Assembly: GCA_963699755.1 (NCBI GenBank)
Contig: CAVOVB010000010.1
Location: 160,001 to 224,000, forward strand
From: an uncultured delta proteobacterium
GTDB lineage: Bacteria > Myxococcota_A > Polyangia > Polyangiales > Houyiibacteriaceae
DNA: 64,000 nt
Direction: 5' to 3'
Shown: in pieces, positions 29,658-41,159 of the stretch
How the letters are laid out: each line of letters starts with the position of its first letter
How positions within the stretch are numbered: position 1 is the stretch's first letter
The notes under the pieces: generated by a model
Database searches by the model: none
Seen by the model: the letters and a program-made list of their open reading frames with translations, nothing else
Told to the model about the DNA's origin: nothing
Translations under genes and position numbers: made by a program

Positions 29658-32024
29658 ATGACGGAACCAGTACGGCGAGCAGGTGTGATCGGAGCGGGCG
29701 TAATGGGCAGCGGCATCATGGCGCACTTTGCCAACGCCGGGGTCGACGTGGTGATGCTCGACATCGTGCCACCGGGACTGAGCGACAAAGACAAGAAGAA
29801 TTCGGCGAAGCGGAACCAGTTCGCGGTGGGAGGTCTTCAGGGGGCCCTCAAAGCGAAGCCAGCGGCCTTCTTTCACCCGGTCTACGCGAATCGCGTGACG
29901 GTCGGGAACCTCGAGGATGACATCGATCTCCTCAAGGGATGCGACCTGGTGATCGAGGCGATCATCGAGAACGTCGACATCAAGCGCAGCCTCTTCGAGA
30001 CGCTCGAAAAGACGCTCGACGAGGGGACCGTCGTCGCTTCGAACACCTCCGGGCTTCGCATCGCCGACATGCTCCAGGGTCGCGGGGAGGCCTTCCGCAA
30101 GAACTTCCTGGTCATGCACTTCTTCAACCCGGTTCGTTACATGAAGCTCTTAGAGCTCGTTGCCGGAGAGGACACCGACCCAGCCACCATGGACCGCATG
30201 AGGGTCTTCGGGACGGACCAGCTTGGCAAGGGCATCGTCGTCGGCAAGGACACGCCGAACTTCGTCGGCAACCGCATCGGCTGCTACTCGATGTCACTCA
30301 CGATGAACCAGATGCTCACCGACGGCCTAACACCCGAGGACGTCGACGCGATCACCGGGCCGCCGATGGGTCATCCGAAGAGCGCGAGCTACCGCACCGC
30401 CGACATGGTCGGGCTCGATACCTTCAAGCACGTTTCCGACAACTGCTACGCAGCGCTCCCCGGTGACCCCGAGCGCGACGTCTTCAAGCTCCCCGAATTC
30501 ATGAATGTGATGGTCGAGCGAAAGATCCTCGGCAACAAGACCCGCGGTGGCTTCTACAAGAAGACCAAGGAAGGCATTCAGACCTTCGATCCGGTCAAGC
30601 TCGAATACCGAGCGAAGGCCGGAGACGAGGGGATCAAGAAGTTCTGCAAGAGCTTGAAGGGCTCGCCGGCGCAGCGCGTGAAGGCGCTGGTGGAGAACGA
30701 CGGCCCGGCGGGCAAGTTCGCCTGGACCGTGCTCTCGCGAACCCTCGCCTACTCGGCCAGCAGGATCCCGGAGATCACCGACAGCGTCGAGGCAGTCGAT
30801 GACGCGATGAAGTGGGGCTACAACTGGGACCTCGGCCCGTTCGAGACCTGGGACGCCATCGGCTTCAAAGCTGCATACGACCGCATGAAGGCCGACGGGC
30901 TCTCGCTTCCCGCCTCGATCGACAAGATGGCGGCTTCCGGCGCCGAGCGCTTCTACACCGACGATGGCCGCGTCTACAGCCTCGTCACGGGAGAATACGA
31001 GAAGCGCGACATCGACCCCCGAGACGCGACTCTCACCGTCCTGCGGCGGGGCGATGCGCCGGTCTTCAGCAACCGGGGAACCGAGGCATGGGACCTCGGT
31101 GATGGCATCTTGGGGCTGACGTTCACTACCAAGGCCAACAGTATCGACGACACGGTCGTGGAGGGACTCAGTCAGGCCACTGAGATCGCAGAGCGCGACT
31201 TCCGTGGCCTGGTCATCTGCAACGAAGGCGACCACTTCTGCGTGGGCGCCAACCTGTTCGCGGTCGTGATGGCCGCGCAGCAGAAGGCCTGGGATCAGCT
31301 ACGCCAAACGATCAACGGGCTGCAGGGAGCGCTTCAGCGCACCAAGTATTCGACGATCCCCGTCGTCGCGGCGCCTTTCGGCATGACGGTGGGCGGCGGA
31401 TTCGAGGTCTGCATGGGCGCGGATGCCGTGCAGGCTGCCTCCGAAACCTACGTTGGCCTCGTCGAGGTGGGCGTTGGGCTCTTGCCGGGCGGCGCAGGCA
31501 ACATGAACATGCTCTGGCGTGCGCTCGAGGGGATCCCCGATGGGACCGACGTCGACGCCCTTCCCTTCGTGTCGCGCACATTTCAGAACATCGCCATGGC
31601 GCGCGTGGCCACTGGCGCCGGCGAGGCACGGGAGTTTGGCTACTTCCGCAAGACCGACGGGATCTCGTTCGACAAGGCGCGGCTCTTGACCGAGGCCAAG
31701 GCTCGGGCAGTCGGCATGGCGGAGGCCGGCTACCATCCGCCTCCTCGGCGTTCGTACCGTCTGCCCGGCGAAAGCGGTATCGCGACGCTAGAGATGATGA
31801 TCGACTCGCTGGTCGCCGGCGGATACGCAAGCGAGCACGACGCGCTGATCGCACGCAAGGTCGCGCACGTCCTCTGCGGAGGCCCATCGGGTCATGCGCA
31901 CGAGGTGACCGAGGAGCAGATGCTGGAGCTCGAACGTGAGGCGTTCATCAGCCTCTGCGGCGAGCCCAAGAGCCAGGAGCGCATGCAGCACATGCTCACC
32001 ACCAACAAGCCTTTGCGTAACTAG
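29658..32024 (+). CDS. 3-hydroxyacyl-CoA dehydrogenase / enoyl-CoA hydratase (FadN-like)
   Basis: [38 protein letters not shown], crotonase part [23 protein letters not shown]-terminal KPLRN. SD AGGAG. Confidence 0.93.
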   Translation: MTEPVRRAGVIGAGVMGSGIMAHFANAGVDVVMLDIVPPGLSDKDKKNSAKRNQFAVGGLQGALKAKPAAFFHPVYANRVTVGNLEDDIDLLKGCDLVIEAIIENVDIKRSLFETLEKTLDEGTVVASNTSGLRIADMLQGRGEAFRKNFLVMHFFNPVRYMKLLELVAGEDTDPATMDRMRVFGTDQLGKGIVVGKDTPNFVGNRIGCYSMSLTMNQMLTDGLTPEDVDAITGPPMGHPKSASYRTADMVGLDTFKHVSDNCYAALPGDPERDVFKLPEFMNVMVERKILGNKTRGGFYKKTKEGIQTFDPVKLEYRAKAGDEGIKKFCKSLKGSPAQRVKALVENDGPAGKFAWTVLSRTLAYSASRIPEITDSVEAVDDAMKWGYNWDLGPFETWDAIGFKAAYDRMKADGLSLPASIDKMAASGAERFYTDDGRVYSLVTGEYEKRDIDPRDATLTVLRRGDAPVFSNRGTEAWDLGDGILGLTFTTKANSIDDTVVEGLSQATEIAERDFRGLVICNEGDHFCVGANLFAVVMAAQQKAWDQLRQTINGLQGALQRTKYSTIPVVAAPFGMTVGGGFEVCMGADAVQAASETYVGLVEVGVGLLPGGAGNMNMLWRALEGIPDGTDVDALPFVSRTFQNIAMARVATGAGEAREFGYFRKTDGISFDKARLLTEAKARAVGMAEAGYHPPPRRSYRLPGESGIATLEMMIDSLVAGGYASEHDALIARKVAHVLCGGPSGHAHEVTEEQMLELEREAFISLCGEPKSQERMQHMLTTNKPLRN

Positions 32025-32067
32025 GCTGCCCCGAACGCCGAGCCAACCAGGAATCAGGAGTAGAGAG

Positions 32068-33237
32068 ATGAGTAAGATTGTCGTCGTAGATGCGGTTCGA
32101 AGCGCCGTCGGGCGTGCGAAGAAGGGGTCCCTGGCCAACCGGCGTCCGGATGAGCTCGCGGGCGAGGTCGTGCGCAACCTGATGGCGCGAAACCCTAAAG
32201 TCGATCCAAGCAGCGTCGAGGACCTCGTCCTCGGCTGTGCGTTCCCCGAGGGGGAGCAAGGCATGAACGTCGCCCGAATGGTCGGTAGGCTGGGTGGTCT
32301 CCCCGAGGAGAGCTCGGGGATGACGATCAACCGCTTCTGCTCGAGTGGCCTTCAGGCGATCGCGTTGGCGGCCGGATCGGTGAAAGCGGGTTTCGATGAC
32401 GTGGTCATCGCAGGCGGCATGGAGTCGATGACCATGGTGCCGATGACGGGCAACAAGCCGAGCATGTCGCCCGAGGTGATGGAGAAGTACCCTGAAACCT
32501 ACACGCCGATGGGCATCACGGCGGAGAATGTCGCCAACCGCTTCAAGATCAGCCGCACGCAGCAAGACGAGTTCGCGGCGTGGAGCCATGAGAAGGCGCT
32601 GGCCGCAATCGAGCGGGGTGCCTTTGAAAACGAGATCGTGCCCGTGCACGGCGTGACGTTCGACGACAACGGTGAGCGGCAGATGTTCGAGTTCAAGATC
32701 GACGAGATGCCGCGGCCGGGGACCACGGTGGAAGCGCTTTCCAAGCTTCGGCCCGTGTTTGCTGCCAGCGGGAGCGTCACTGCCGGCAACTCGTCGCCGC
32801 TCTCGGACGGCGCGGCCGCCGTCATCGTCATGAAGAAGAAGCGCGCCGAGAAGCTCGGCATCAAGCCGCTGGCGATCTTCAAATCGTTCGTGACGGTCGG
32901 CGTCGACCCGTCGATCATGGGCATCGGCCCGCTCCCGGCAGTCCAAAAGCTCCTCCGCAAGAACGACCTGAAAATCGACGACATCGACGTGTTCGAAGTG
33001 AATGAGGCCTTCGCGAGCCAGGCGGTCTACGTCCAGAAGGAGCTCGGCATCCCGAACGACAAGCTGAACGTCAACGGCGGTGCCATCGCCCTAGGTCATC
33101 CCTTGGGCTGCACGGGCGCCAAGCTCACGGCCACGGCACTCAACGAGCTCAAGCGCCGAGGCGGCAAGTATGCGGTCGTCACGATGTGCATAGGCGGCGG
33201 CATGGGTGCCGCGGGCTTGTTCGAAGCCCTCGATTAG
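32068..33237 (+). CDS. Acetyl-CoA C-acyltransferase (thiolase)
   Basis: [43 protein letters not shown]. Confidence 0.95.
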   Translation: MSKIVVVDAVRSAVGRAKKGSLANRRPDELAGEVVRNLMARNPKVDPSSVEDLVLGCAFPEGEQGMNVARMVGRLGGLPEESSGMTINRFCSSGLQAIALAAGSVKAGFDDVVIAGGMESMTMVPMTGNKPSMSPEVMEKYPETYTPMGITAENVANRFKISRTQQDEFAAWSHEKALAAIERGAFENEIVPVHGVTFDDNGERQMFEFKIDEMPRPGTTVEALSKLRPVFAASGSVTAGNSSPLSDGAAAVIVMKKKRAEKLGIKPLAIFKSFVTVGVDPSIMGIGPLPAVQKLLRKNDLKIDDIDVFEVNEAFASQAVYVQKELGIPNDKLNVNGGAIALGHPLGCTGAKLTATALNELKRRGGKYAVVTMCIGGGMGAAGLFEALD

Positions 33238-33252
33238 GTCAGGCCGGCCTCG

Positions 33253-35127
33253 CTATGAAGCGCTGTCCCCAGAGGCGAACGCGGCGCGATCCCTTGGGAT
33301 GCGCTCTTCTTCCTTGTCGAAACCAGTAGGCTCACTGCTTTCGCGGACCATGGACTTCGTAGGGGACGAGCGTTCACCCGAACTGGCGCGGAGGAACTGG
33401 CCCGCGCCCACGGTTCGGCCGATTTCGGGCAGGACCTCACCGTCCTCGACGACGAGGGTGCCGTTGACGAGGACCGCGGGCACGGCCTCCGGGTTCCGAC
33501 GCACGAGTCGAAGATAGTTGCCGAGCTCGGGGATTTTTTCTTCGTGGATTTCCTCGACGTGGTAGTCGAGGTGGGCGGGGTCAATGATGACCAGGTCGGC
33601 GCGCTTGCCTTCTTCGAGGGTTCCCGCTTCGATTTGGAACCATTCGCCAAGCTCGCCGGTGAGCTTGTGGACTGCCTTCTCGAGCGGCATGACGGGCTCG
33701 CCACGCTGCTCGGCATCCTTGACGAACCGGAGCATACGAAGCGGGAAGTTGTAGAAGGCCATGTTGCGAAGGTGCGCGCCCGCGTCCGAGAAGCCCAGCA
33801 AGTTGGAGTCGCTGTTCATCATCTTGGCCAGGGGTTTCGGCCTGTCGTTGCCGGTCACGGTGTACCAACGGAGCGTATTGCCATAGGCGATCACGAGATC
33901 GAGAAACGCATCCACCTCGGACTTGCCCTGCAAGACACCGATCTCGCGGAAAGTCTTTCCAATGAGCGAGCTGTCGGGGCAGTCCATGACCGTCGCCTTC
34001 CCGAAGTTTCGGTGGAACACTTTGGGGATCAGCGGGTTGTTCCATTGCCGGTTGAACTTGCGGCGGTAGCTCGGGTCTTGGAAGAGCTTCCGCCGTTCGG
34101 CCATCGTCTCGAGGTGAAGGCCTGCGGCGCCTGCCCCGAACTCTTCGAAGACGACGTTCTCGAAGCCATCGGCCCAGAGGTCGAACGGAACGGGCAAGAA
34201 CTGATATCGGAACTTCCCACGGAATACTTTGTTGACCGCCCAGCCAAGCCCTTGGAGTGCCCGCCAGATCAGACGGTTCGAGCGCAGATCCATGATCGAG
34301 ACGATGCTAGTCTTCAGCGCGTCTCGAACGAAGAGCCCGGCGCTGAAGGCCGCGTAGATGAAGATCTGGTACTTGGTCGAAACATTGGGGATCGCCTGCA
34401 GGTTCAAACCGTGCTCGCGAACGCCACGCACCATCCGTCGAAGCTCCTTCCACGACGCATAGGTCGAGGGAAGACACTTGCTGCGAAAGCGGTCGCCGCC
34501 CATTTTGTCCCAATAGAGGCCGTTGAGGGAGAGCCCGAGGAAGCCGGCGTCGTAGCCCTCTTCGATGACCTCTTCCATCTTCTCGAGCTCCGCTTCGGTC
34601 GCCTTCGCCTTTGCGTCGAGGGCGCGCTCGAGGCCCATCGCTTGGGCCCGGACCGCGGAGTACCCCACGAACGAAGCCACGTTGGGACCGAGCGGAAGGC
34701 TATTGAGGTGGTCGACATACTCGGCGTGCGTCTCCCAGGTCTTTCTCTCCGTCATGAGGGGGAGCAGATGCTCGTAGGGGATAGCCTCGACGCGCGTGAA
34801 CATGTCGGCGATGTCGATCGGGTCGCCCACCGCGACGCTGAGCGAGCAGCTCCCCATGAACACCGTGGTGACACCGTGACGCAGCGATTCATGCAGCGAG
34901 GGTATCGCCTCGACCTCGGCGTCATAGTGCGTGTGGATGTCGATGAAGCCGGGCATGATCCATTTGCCTTCGGCGTCGATGACCTTGGCGTCTGCGGGGG
35001 CCGGAATCTCACCGTCCGCGATCTTCACGACGCGGCCGTTCGACACTTTCAGATTCTTGGTCGCGGCGGGGCTCCCCTTTCCGTCGAAGAAGCGCCCGTT
35101 CTTGATGATGATGTCTTGTTTCTGCAT
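33253..35127 (-). CDS. Amidohydrolase, N-acyl-D-amino-acid deacylase family
   Basis: PGFIDIHTHYD, HGVTTV.MGSCS, SDAGAH, ADLVIIDP, VLVNG. Confidence 0.88.
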   Translation of the reverse strand: MQKQDIIIKNGRFFDGKGSPAATKNLKVSNGRVVKIADGEIPAPADAKVIDAEGKWIMPGFIDIHTHYDAEVEAIPSLHESLRHGVTTVFMGSCSLSVAVGDPIDIADMFTRVEAIPYEHLLPLMTERKTWETHAEYVDHLNSLPLGPNVASFVGYSAVRAQAMGLERALDAKAKATEAELEKMEEVIEEGYDAGFLGLSLNGLYWDKMGGDRFRSKCLPSTYASWKELRRMVRGVREHGLNLQAIPNVSTKYQIFIYAAFSAGLFVRDALKTSIVSIMDLRSNRLIWRALQGLGWAVNKVFRGKFRYQFLPVPFDLWADGFENVVFEEFGAGAAGLHLETMAERRKLFQDPSYRRKFNRQWNNPLIPKVFHRNFGKATVMDCPDSSLIGKTFREIGVLQGKSEVDAFLDLVIAYGNTLRWYTVTGNDRPKPLAKMMNSDSNLLGFSDAGAHLRNMAFYNFPLRMLRFVKDAEQRGEPVMPLEKAVHKLTGELGEWFQIEAGTLEEGKRADLVIIDPAHLDYHVEEIHEEKIPELGNYLRLVRRNPEAVPAVLVNGTLVVEDGEVLPEIGRTVGAGQFLRASSGERSSPTKSMVRESSEPTGFDKEEERIPRDRAAFASGDSAS

Positions 35128-35202
35128 TGGCGTGCTCCGGTTTCCAAACCCATCGTCGGCGGTACGCGTTCATGGATGATGGCACTATCGGGCTGCCGCA
35201 AC

Positions 35203-35238
35203 TTGACTTTTCACGACAAACTTTTATCTTTTCGCGAC
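35203..35238 (-). promoter_or_regulatory. Tandem direct repeat with a 21-bp period, putative AraC-family binding sites
   Basis: Plus strand CTTTTCACGAC (35207-35217) and CTTTTCGCGAC (35228-35238), lying between the divergent amidohydrolase and AraC genes. Confidence 0.6.
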
Positions 35239-35245
35239 TGGAGGC

Positions 35246-36247
35246 GTGCCGATGTCGATGGTTCGCGCGTCCGCGTTGAGCGGGTACCGAGAGCTGGTGG
35301 ACGAGCTCGGCGGGCAAGCGGAGCCTCTGCTCCAGCGGTTTCGGATCCCCGCGTCCGCTTTGGTCGAGCCCCAAGGCTTCGTGAGCTACGGGTCGCTGAT
35401 TCGGCTCTTGGAAGGGACCGCCAAAGAGCTCGACTGCAAGGACTTCGGCCTCCGTCTCTCGACCCGGCAGGACCTCGGCATCCTCGGTCCTCTCGGTGTC
35501 GCCGTGCGCAACTGCGAGACCCTTGGCGAAGCGATGCAGTGCGCTTCGCGGTACATGTTCGTCCACAGTCCGGCAATCTCGTTTACCCCCCAAGTGGCAG
35601 AACGGAACGACCGCGTCCTGCTGGTCTTTCGAATTCTTCTCGATCAGAAGCATGGCTCCACCACCCAAGTCACCGAGCTAAGCATCGGGCTGGCGGCGCG
35701 GATCATCGCCATGCTCACCCGAGAGGCAGAGCCACTGGTCGGCGTTCGATTTCGCCATGCGCGTTGCGCCCCCGTGGCGAGCTACGGGGCGCACTTCCGC
35801 GCGCCCGTCTCTTTTTCGTCGGCGGTCTCGGCCGTCGAAATCGACATGCGCACCCTGGGGTTGGCGATTCATGACGCCAGCCTTCAGCTCCGAGAGCTCG
35901 CCGAGGACTACCTCGAGCTCCGGCACGCCGATCCGCACACCCCCCTTTCCATTCGCGTGCGCCTCGTGATTCAGCGCTCACTCGGCACCGGGGCCGCATC
36001 CTGTGTGGATGTCGCGTCGGCGTTTGCCCTTCATCCGCGCACACTGCAGCGCCAGCTCCGCCGGGAAGGCACGACATTCGAACGGCTCAAGGACGAAGTG
36101 CGGTCGGAGCTCGCACGCGCCTACATCGAGAATCCGGAGCTTCCCCTGTGCCAGGTCGCGGCGCTCCTGGACTACAGCGAGCAATCCGCACTCACGCGAA
36201 GCTGCCGACGCTGGTTCGGTCAGGCGCCAAGGCAGCTCCGGACCTAG
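35246..36247 (+). CDS. AraC family transcriptional regulator
   Basis: N-terminal ligand domain (DFGLRL...LG.LG) and C-terminal double HTH (VASAFALHPRTLQRQL...VAALLDYSEQSALTRSCRRWFGQAP). Start may be ATG 35252. Confidence 0.93.
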   Translation: MPMSMVRASALSGYRELVDELGGQAEPLLQRFRIPASALVEPQGFVSYGSLIRLLEGTAKELDCKDFGLRLSTRQDLGILGPLGVAVRNCETLGEAMQCASRYMFVHSPAISFTPQVAERNDRVLLVFRILLDQKHGSTTQVTELSIGLAARIIAMLTREAEPLVGVRFRHARCAPVASYGAHFRAPVSFSSAVSAVEIDMRTLGLAIHDASLQLRELAEDYLELRHADPHTPLSIRVRLVIQRSLGTGAASCVDVASAFALHPRTLQRQLRREGTTFERLKDEVRSELARAYIENPELPLCQVAALLDYSEQSALTRSCRRWFGQAPRQLRT

Positions 36248-36277
36248 CACTTGGACCGCCAAGGGACGCGGCGCGCG

Positions 36278-36718
36278 CTACCAGCTACCCGTGTTCTCCA
36301 TCGAAGCCCAGGGCTCTTTCGGCTCCAACGGATCCCCCTTCTGGAGTAACTCGATCGAGATCCCATCGGGCGATCGAATGAATGCCATCCGCCCATCGCG
36401 AGGCGGACGGTTGATCGTGACGCCAGCATCCATCAGGTCACGACACAGTTTGTAGATGTCTCTCGTTTCAAACGCGAGATGCCCAAAATTGCGACCGCCC
36501 GTGTATCGCTCGGGTTCCCAGTTATAGGTGAGCTCGATGAGCGGGGAGGCTTCGCCGATCGCGCGCCCCCGGTCTTCTGGCGCCACCAGAAAGACGAGCG
36601 TGTACCGCCCCGCTGCACTCTCATGCCTCCGATGCTCGAGCAGGCCAAGCTTGTTGCAGTAGAAGTCGAGCGACGCATCGATGTCGCTCACCCGGATCAT
36701 CGTGTGCAAATAGCGCAT
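36278..36718 (-). CDS. gloA: Lactoylglutathione lyase (glyoxalase I) family
   Basis: [32 protein letters not shown]. Confidence 0.88.
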   Translation of the reverse strand: MRYLHTMIRVSDIDASLDFYCNKLGLLEHRRHESAAGRYTLVFLVAPEDRGRAIGEASPLIELTYNWEPERYTGGRNFGHLAFETRDIYKLCRDLMDAGVTINRPPRDGRMAFIRSPDGISIELLQKGDPLEPKEPWASMENTGSW

Positions 36719-36807
36719 GGAGTGGATTCTAGCGCCCTCCCTGGCCCTGTCACTGACGCGGCCATTCGCGCTGGCGCTGTCACGGGCGGTAGGCCAGACT
36801 CCGCCCA

Positions 36808-38217
36808 ATGGCCAACGACTTTGAAGCAATCGTCATCGGCGGGGGCCCCGGCGGCTACGTCGCTGCCATCCGGCTCGGACAGCTCGGGGTGAAAACACTC
36901 TGTGTCGAAAAAGAGTTCATGGGCGGGGTCTGCCTGAACTGGGGCTGCATCCCGTCCAAGGCCCTGATCGCCGCAGCGAATCTTGCCGACAAGGTTCGAA
37001 ACGCCGGTCACATGGGCATCGCGGTCAAAGACCTCGAGGTAGACGTCGCCAAGATGCAGGAGTGGAAGGAAGGCATCGTCAAGAAGCTCACCGGTGGCGT
37101 CTCGAGCCTGGTGAAGGGCAACGGCGGCACCATCGCCATGGGAACAGCGACCATCAGTGGGCCCAACACCGTCGAGGTGAGGAGCTCCGACGGCAAGCGC
37201 GAAACCTACACAGCGAGCAAGGGCATCATCGTCGCAACCGGTACGAACATGATTCAGATCCCGGGCTTCGATCCGGATGGAGACGTCGTGATCACCGCAC
37301 GCGAGGCGGTGAGCCTTCAGAGCGCGCCGCAAAGCATGCTGATCATCGGCGGAGGAGTTATCGGGCTCGAGCTCGGGATGGTATATCAGAAGCTAGGGAC
37401 CAAGATCACCGTGGTGGAGCTGATGGACCAGTTGCTTCCCGGAACTGATTCCGACCTCGTCAAAGTCGTCCAGAAACACCTCGAGAAAGCTGGCGCCGAC
37501 ATATACCTCAAGAGCAAGGCGGTGAAGCTCGAGAAGAGTGGCGGCCGCGCCAAGGTGACCATTGAAACCGGCGGCAAGCAGCGAGTCGTCGAAGCCGAGA
37601 AGGTACTCGTCGCCGTAGGCTTCAAGCCCAATTCCGCTGGCCTCGGCCTCGAAGGTGTCGGCGTGAAGCTCGATGCTCGCGGCCACATCGCGGTCGATGA
37701 TCAAATGCGCACGAACGTGACGTCGATCTACGCCATTGGCGACGTCGCGGGGATGCCCTACCTCGCGCACAAGGCTTCCAAAGAGGGTGAAATCGCCGCC
37801 GAGGTCATCGCGGGCCACAAGGCGGCGCGCGACTACCGCGGAATGCCCGCTGCAATCTTCACGGACCCCGAAATCGCAACTGTCGGCCTCACCGAAGCCG
37901 AGGCCAAAGCGCGGGGCAAGAAGGTGAAGATCGGGAAGTTTCCCTTCGCCGCGTCCGGGCGCGCGATGGCTGTGAGTGAGACCGACGGCTTCATCAAAGT
38001 CATCATCGACGAAACAGACCATCAGCTGCTCGGCGTCGCCATCGTCGGACCAGAAGCAAGCGACCTCATCAGCGAATCGGCGCTCGCCCTCGAGATGTGC
38101 GCGTTTGCAGAAGATGTCGCGCTTACCGTGCATCCTCACCCCACCCTCGGCGAAGGCGTCATGGAAGCGTTCAAGCATGCCTTGGGCGAAGCGGTTCACA
38201 TCATGAATCGCTCTTAG
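36808..38217 (+). CDS. lpdA: Dihydrolipoyl dehydrogenase
   Basis: [23 protein letters not shown] redox disulfide, [21 protein letters not shown]. Confidence 0.97.
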   Translation: MANDFEAIVIGGGPGGYVAAIRLGQLGVKTLCVEKEFMGGVCLNWGCIPSKALIAAANLADKVRNAGHMGIAVKDLEVDVAKMQEWKEGIVKKLTGGVSSLVKGNGGTIAMGTATISGPNTVEVRSSDGKRETYTASKGIIVATGTNMIQIPGFDPDGDVVITAREAVSLQSAPQSMLIIGGGVIGLELGMVYQKLGTKITVVELMDQLLPGTDSDLVKVVQKHLEKAGADIYLKSKAVKLEKSGGRAKVTIETGGKQRVVEAEKVLVAVGFKPNSAGLGLEGVGVKLDARGHIAVDDQMRTNVTSIYAIGDVAGMPYLAHKASKEGEIAAEVIAGHKAARDYRGMPAAIFTDPEIATVGLTEAEAKARGKKVKIGKFPFAASGRAMAVSETDGFIKVIIDETDHQLLGVAIVGPEASDLISESALALEMCAFAEDVALTVHPHPTLGEGVMEAFKHALGEAVHIMNRS

Positions 38218-38221
38218 AACC

Positions 38222-38890
38222 GTGCTGTTCTGCCGCCTCGGAACTGTCGACTACGCAGAAGCGCATCGCGTTCAGAAGGAGCTACAGAGCAAACGGATTG
38301 CTGGCGAGATCGGCGACACCGTCCTGCTGCTCGAGCACCCGCCGGTCTTGACGATGGGACGCTCCGCCAAGGAGCAGCACGTGTTGGCACCACGCGAGGC
38401 ACTCGAAGCGCGAGGGATCTCAGTCCACCATGTCGGGCGCGGTGGAGACGTGACCTATCACGGGCCGGGACAACTGGTTGCCTATCCGATCATCGACCTC
38501 AAGCCCGACCGGAAGGACGTCCGCAAGTACGTCTCGTCACTCGAAGAGGCCATGATTCGGAGCTGCGCCGAGTTCGGTTTGACGGCGGCGCGTGTCGAGG
38601 GACTCAACGGCGCCTGGATAGGCGATCGCAAGGTGGGCGCGGTCGGCGTGAGGATCAGCCGATGGGTCACGATGCACGGCCTCGCGCTCAACGTGAACAG
38701 CGACCTCCGCCACTTCGAGATGATCGTACCCTGCGGGATCGCGGACAAGGGGGTGACCTCTCTTTGCTCGGAGCTCGGCCGCCCAGTCCACGTAAGCGAC
38801 GTGATCGAACCACTTGCGCGACATTTCGCCAAGCTCTACGACGCCGAGATCGAGTGGCAGGACGGGCTGCCGAGAGGGCTCAGCTCCTGA
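38222..38890 (+). CDS. lipB: Lipoyl(octanoyl) transferase
   Basis: LEHPPVLTMG, RGGDVTYHGPGQLVAYP, KVGAVG, HGLALN, IVPCG. Confidence 0.95.
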   Translation: MLFCRLGTVDYAEAHRVQKELQSKRIAGEIGDTVLLLEHPPVLTMGRSAKEQHVLAPREALEARGISVHHVGRGGDVTYHGPGQLVAYPIIDLKPDRKDVRKYVSSLEEAMIRSCAEFGLTAARVEGLNGAWIGDRKVGAVGVRISRWVTMHGLALNVNSDLRHFEMIVPCGIADKGVTSLCSELGRPVHVSDVIEPLARHFAKLYDAEIEWQDGLPRGLSS

Positions 38891-39926
38891 GGAAGTATTT
38901 GATTGCGCTCTGACCTATTGCGGTGGTACCGGCACCCGCGACCCCGGCTGAGACGACATTGCCCGCGCCCGGGACGAGCTTCGCAATCGTCTGCGCCGAG
39001 AAGCGCAGGCCCATTCCAATGGCGCCGACCAAACCAAGGCTGCCGAGAAACTCGGCGACCGTGTTCTTGCCCCAGCTGCGGCCGCTCAGGTACGCTAGAG
39101 AGCTCACCATCATCGCTTGCAGCGGGCCGAGCAGAACCATATCGGAAAACGGGATCGGCGTGACACCCACGGTGACCGAAACAGCCGTGCAGGCTTGGAC
39201 GATTTCATTTCCGATTCGAATGCGCGCTTCTTTGGCGCGCGTGAGCGCCCTCGCCGCTTCGAGTCGGGTCTCCTCCGGCAGCGCGAGAATCATCGCCTCG
39301 GAAAGCCCTTCGAGGCCGTGTCCGCTGATCGCCGACAGGGCGCGTGGCGGATCGGCGTGGAGCCCCCAATCCCTGATTTTCGCCTCGAGCTCGTTGCGCG
39401 CCGCGTCCACAGCAGCATCTCCTCTCTCGATCAAATCCGAGTGGGTGAGCAGCGGGAACACCCGCAAGGCCTTGACCCCTTTGGGAAGGTCGGGAAGCAA
39501 GCTCTTGGCCCGATCGACGATCGGTTTCGCATCGGGCAGATTGCGGGGCTCGAAGGTGAGAAGCACCAGGTCGGGCGTTTCCTTCTCGAGCGCAGTCTTC
39601 CACTGTGCCCGCGCCCTTGGATCGTCCAAGTCGATCTCCAGCCAGTCGATCTTCGCTCCCTCGTGCTCGAGGTGTACCCACTGCCCGTGCTCCGCGTCCA
39701 AGGCGCCGCGCCCCGGCTGCCGTTCGATGAGGGAGCGGAGCAGCGTGGATCTGCCGCTACTCGCAAGCCCCAAGGCGACGATCCGCGGCGGTCGCCGACG
39801 GTAGAGCAACGAACGAAGGGCGCTCAGATCGCTTTTCACAGCCGACACCAGGGGCACTCGATCGAGAACTTTGACGAGTTGGTCCAACGCGACTTCTTTG
39901 GCGCGATCCTTCATTGCTTGATTCAT
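38880..39926 (-). CDS. GTPase-like domain plus DUF697-like C-terminal domain
   Basis: P-loop-like GLASSGRST, G4-like THSD, G5-like SAISGHG; C-terminal TPIPFSD...LQAMMV...KLVPGAG..VSAGVAGAGT.AIG. Confidence 0.75.
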   Translation of the reverse strand: MNQAMKDRAKEVALDQLVKVLDRVPLVSAVKSDLSALRSLLYRRRPPRIVALGLASSGRSTLLRSLIERQPGRGALDAEHGQWVHLEHEGAKIDWLEIDLDDPRARAQWKTALEKETPDLVLLTFEPRNLPDAKPIVDRAKSLLPDLPKGVKALRVFPLLTHSDLIERGDAAVDAARNELEAKIRDWGLHADPPRALSAISGHGLEGLSEAMILALPEETRLEAARALTRAKEARIRIGNEIVQACTAVSVTVGVTPIPFSDMVLLGPLQAMMVSSLAYLSGRSWGKNTVAEFLGSLGLVGAIGMGLRFSAQTIAKLVPGAGNVVSAGVAGAGTTAIGQSAIKYFLRS

Positions 39927-39984
39927 TCTTCTTGCAGTCTATGCGCGCAAGCCGAGTCGTGTTAACGTCGTATTGGGGTAGCTG

Positions 39985-41148
39985 GTGAGGGCGGATTGGC
40001 TCAGTGCTTTAGAGGACGTCGGGGGGCGTCTGGTGCTGGCAGCACGGGATTTCTTGCTCTCACAGCCCCCTCCTTTGCCCGAGAAGGGGGCCTCGGGTGT
40101 GCGCTGGCTTGCGGCCCAGCTGGAGGATTTCGTCGATCGCGACAGCGATGAAGCCGAAGACGATCGCTTCATCGAGGGTGCGGGCGCAGTTCTCGGCCTG
40201 CTGCTGATCGAACACCTCGGCGGCAGGACGCGTGAGCGTGATGGCTGCCATCGCGTGCAACTTGGGCGATTTGGCTGGTTCGACCCCTTTGCCGCGATTG
40301 AGGAGATCCTCGATTCGGACGACCCACGAGGCCGTCTGTCCGAGTATCTTTCGGTTGCGACGCGCGAAGCTGAGTCCACCGGCCCTGTTTCGCGTGTGGT
40401 TCGTGTGTTCGCGGACGAGTTGCGGCGGGCACGGCCAGACCTCGACATCGAGTCGCAGTTTGCGCTGACGGTCGACCTCAACAATGGCGCGACAGTCGAT
40501 TTGGCGCGCCTGGAACGGGTCGCGCGCGACCAGGACGACGTGGCGGCGCGCGAAGCCGCACGACGCATCATCAGCATGCTTCCAGGCTCCGAGACGCATG
40601 AAGCGACTCCCTGGGATGAAGTGACCCCTCGGTTGCTGCCACGGCTGGTCTCCCAGAAGTTCCTCGAGCGCCTGCCGCCCGAGCAGGGCTTGCATCTGCA
40701 AGCCATCGGGCACGATGTGTGCTTGACCCTTCAGCTCCGCTACGGAACGCGCGCGCGCTACGTGCGCCAGAGTGAGGTCGACGCGTGGGCGGTCGCGCGA
40801 TCGCTCGAGCCGGCCAAGATCCGTCAGCGGGCGATCGACAACCTCCTTGCCAAGTCGCGTTCATTGCGCCTCGAACGAGCCGGTTGCGATATTCTGCGTG
40901 TGCGTCATGGTGACGGCTTGGACGGTGCGCGGCTGCTCGTTCCCGATCTCGCCGGCCGACTCGAGGGCATCGCCTCGGGCGAGTGGCTGGCTGCAGCGCC
41001 GCATCGCGATCTGCTGCTGCTGGGACCCGCGCACACGCTCGCCGCGCTTTCCAAGCAGGCCGAGGACGCCGCCCAGCGCGCGCCCCATCCGATTTCCGCG
41101 TCGCTCTTTGCAGTTACGGCCGAAGGCCCTCGTCCGCTGCAACCCTAG
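39985..41148 (+). CDS. Hypothetical protein with a DUF1444-like C-terminal region
   Basis: Long coding-like ORF; RLLPRL, AIDNL, DGLDGARLL, AAPHRDLLLL resemble DUF1444/YtpQ motifs by eye. Confidence 0.6.
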   Translation: MRADWLSALEDVGGRLVLAARDFLLSQPPPLPEKGASGVRWLAAQLEDFVDRDSDEAEDDRFIEGAGAVLGLLLIEHLGGRTRERDGCHRVQLGRFGWFDPFAAIEEILDSDDPRGRLSEYLSVATREAESTGPVSRVVRVFADELRRARPDLDIESQFALTVDLNNGATVDLARLERVARDQDDVAAREAARRIISMLPGSETHEATPWDEVTPRLLPRLVSQKFLERLPPEQGLHLQAIGHDVCLTLQLRYGTRARYVRQSEVDAWAVARSLEPAKIRQRAIDNLLAKSRSLRLERAGCDILRVRHGDGLDGARLLVPDLAGRLEGIASGEWLAAAPHRDLLLLGPAHTLAALSKQAEDAAQRAPHPISASLFAVTAEGPRPLQP

Positions 41149-41159
41149 CGGATTCCGTA

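Noticed and set aside
33544..35874. 776-aa plus-strand ORF
   Set aside because: Antisense shadow of the amidohydrolase running into an off-frame of the AraC gene.
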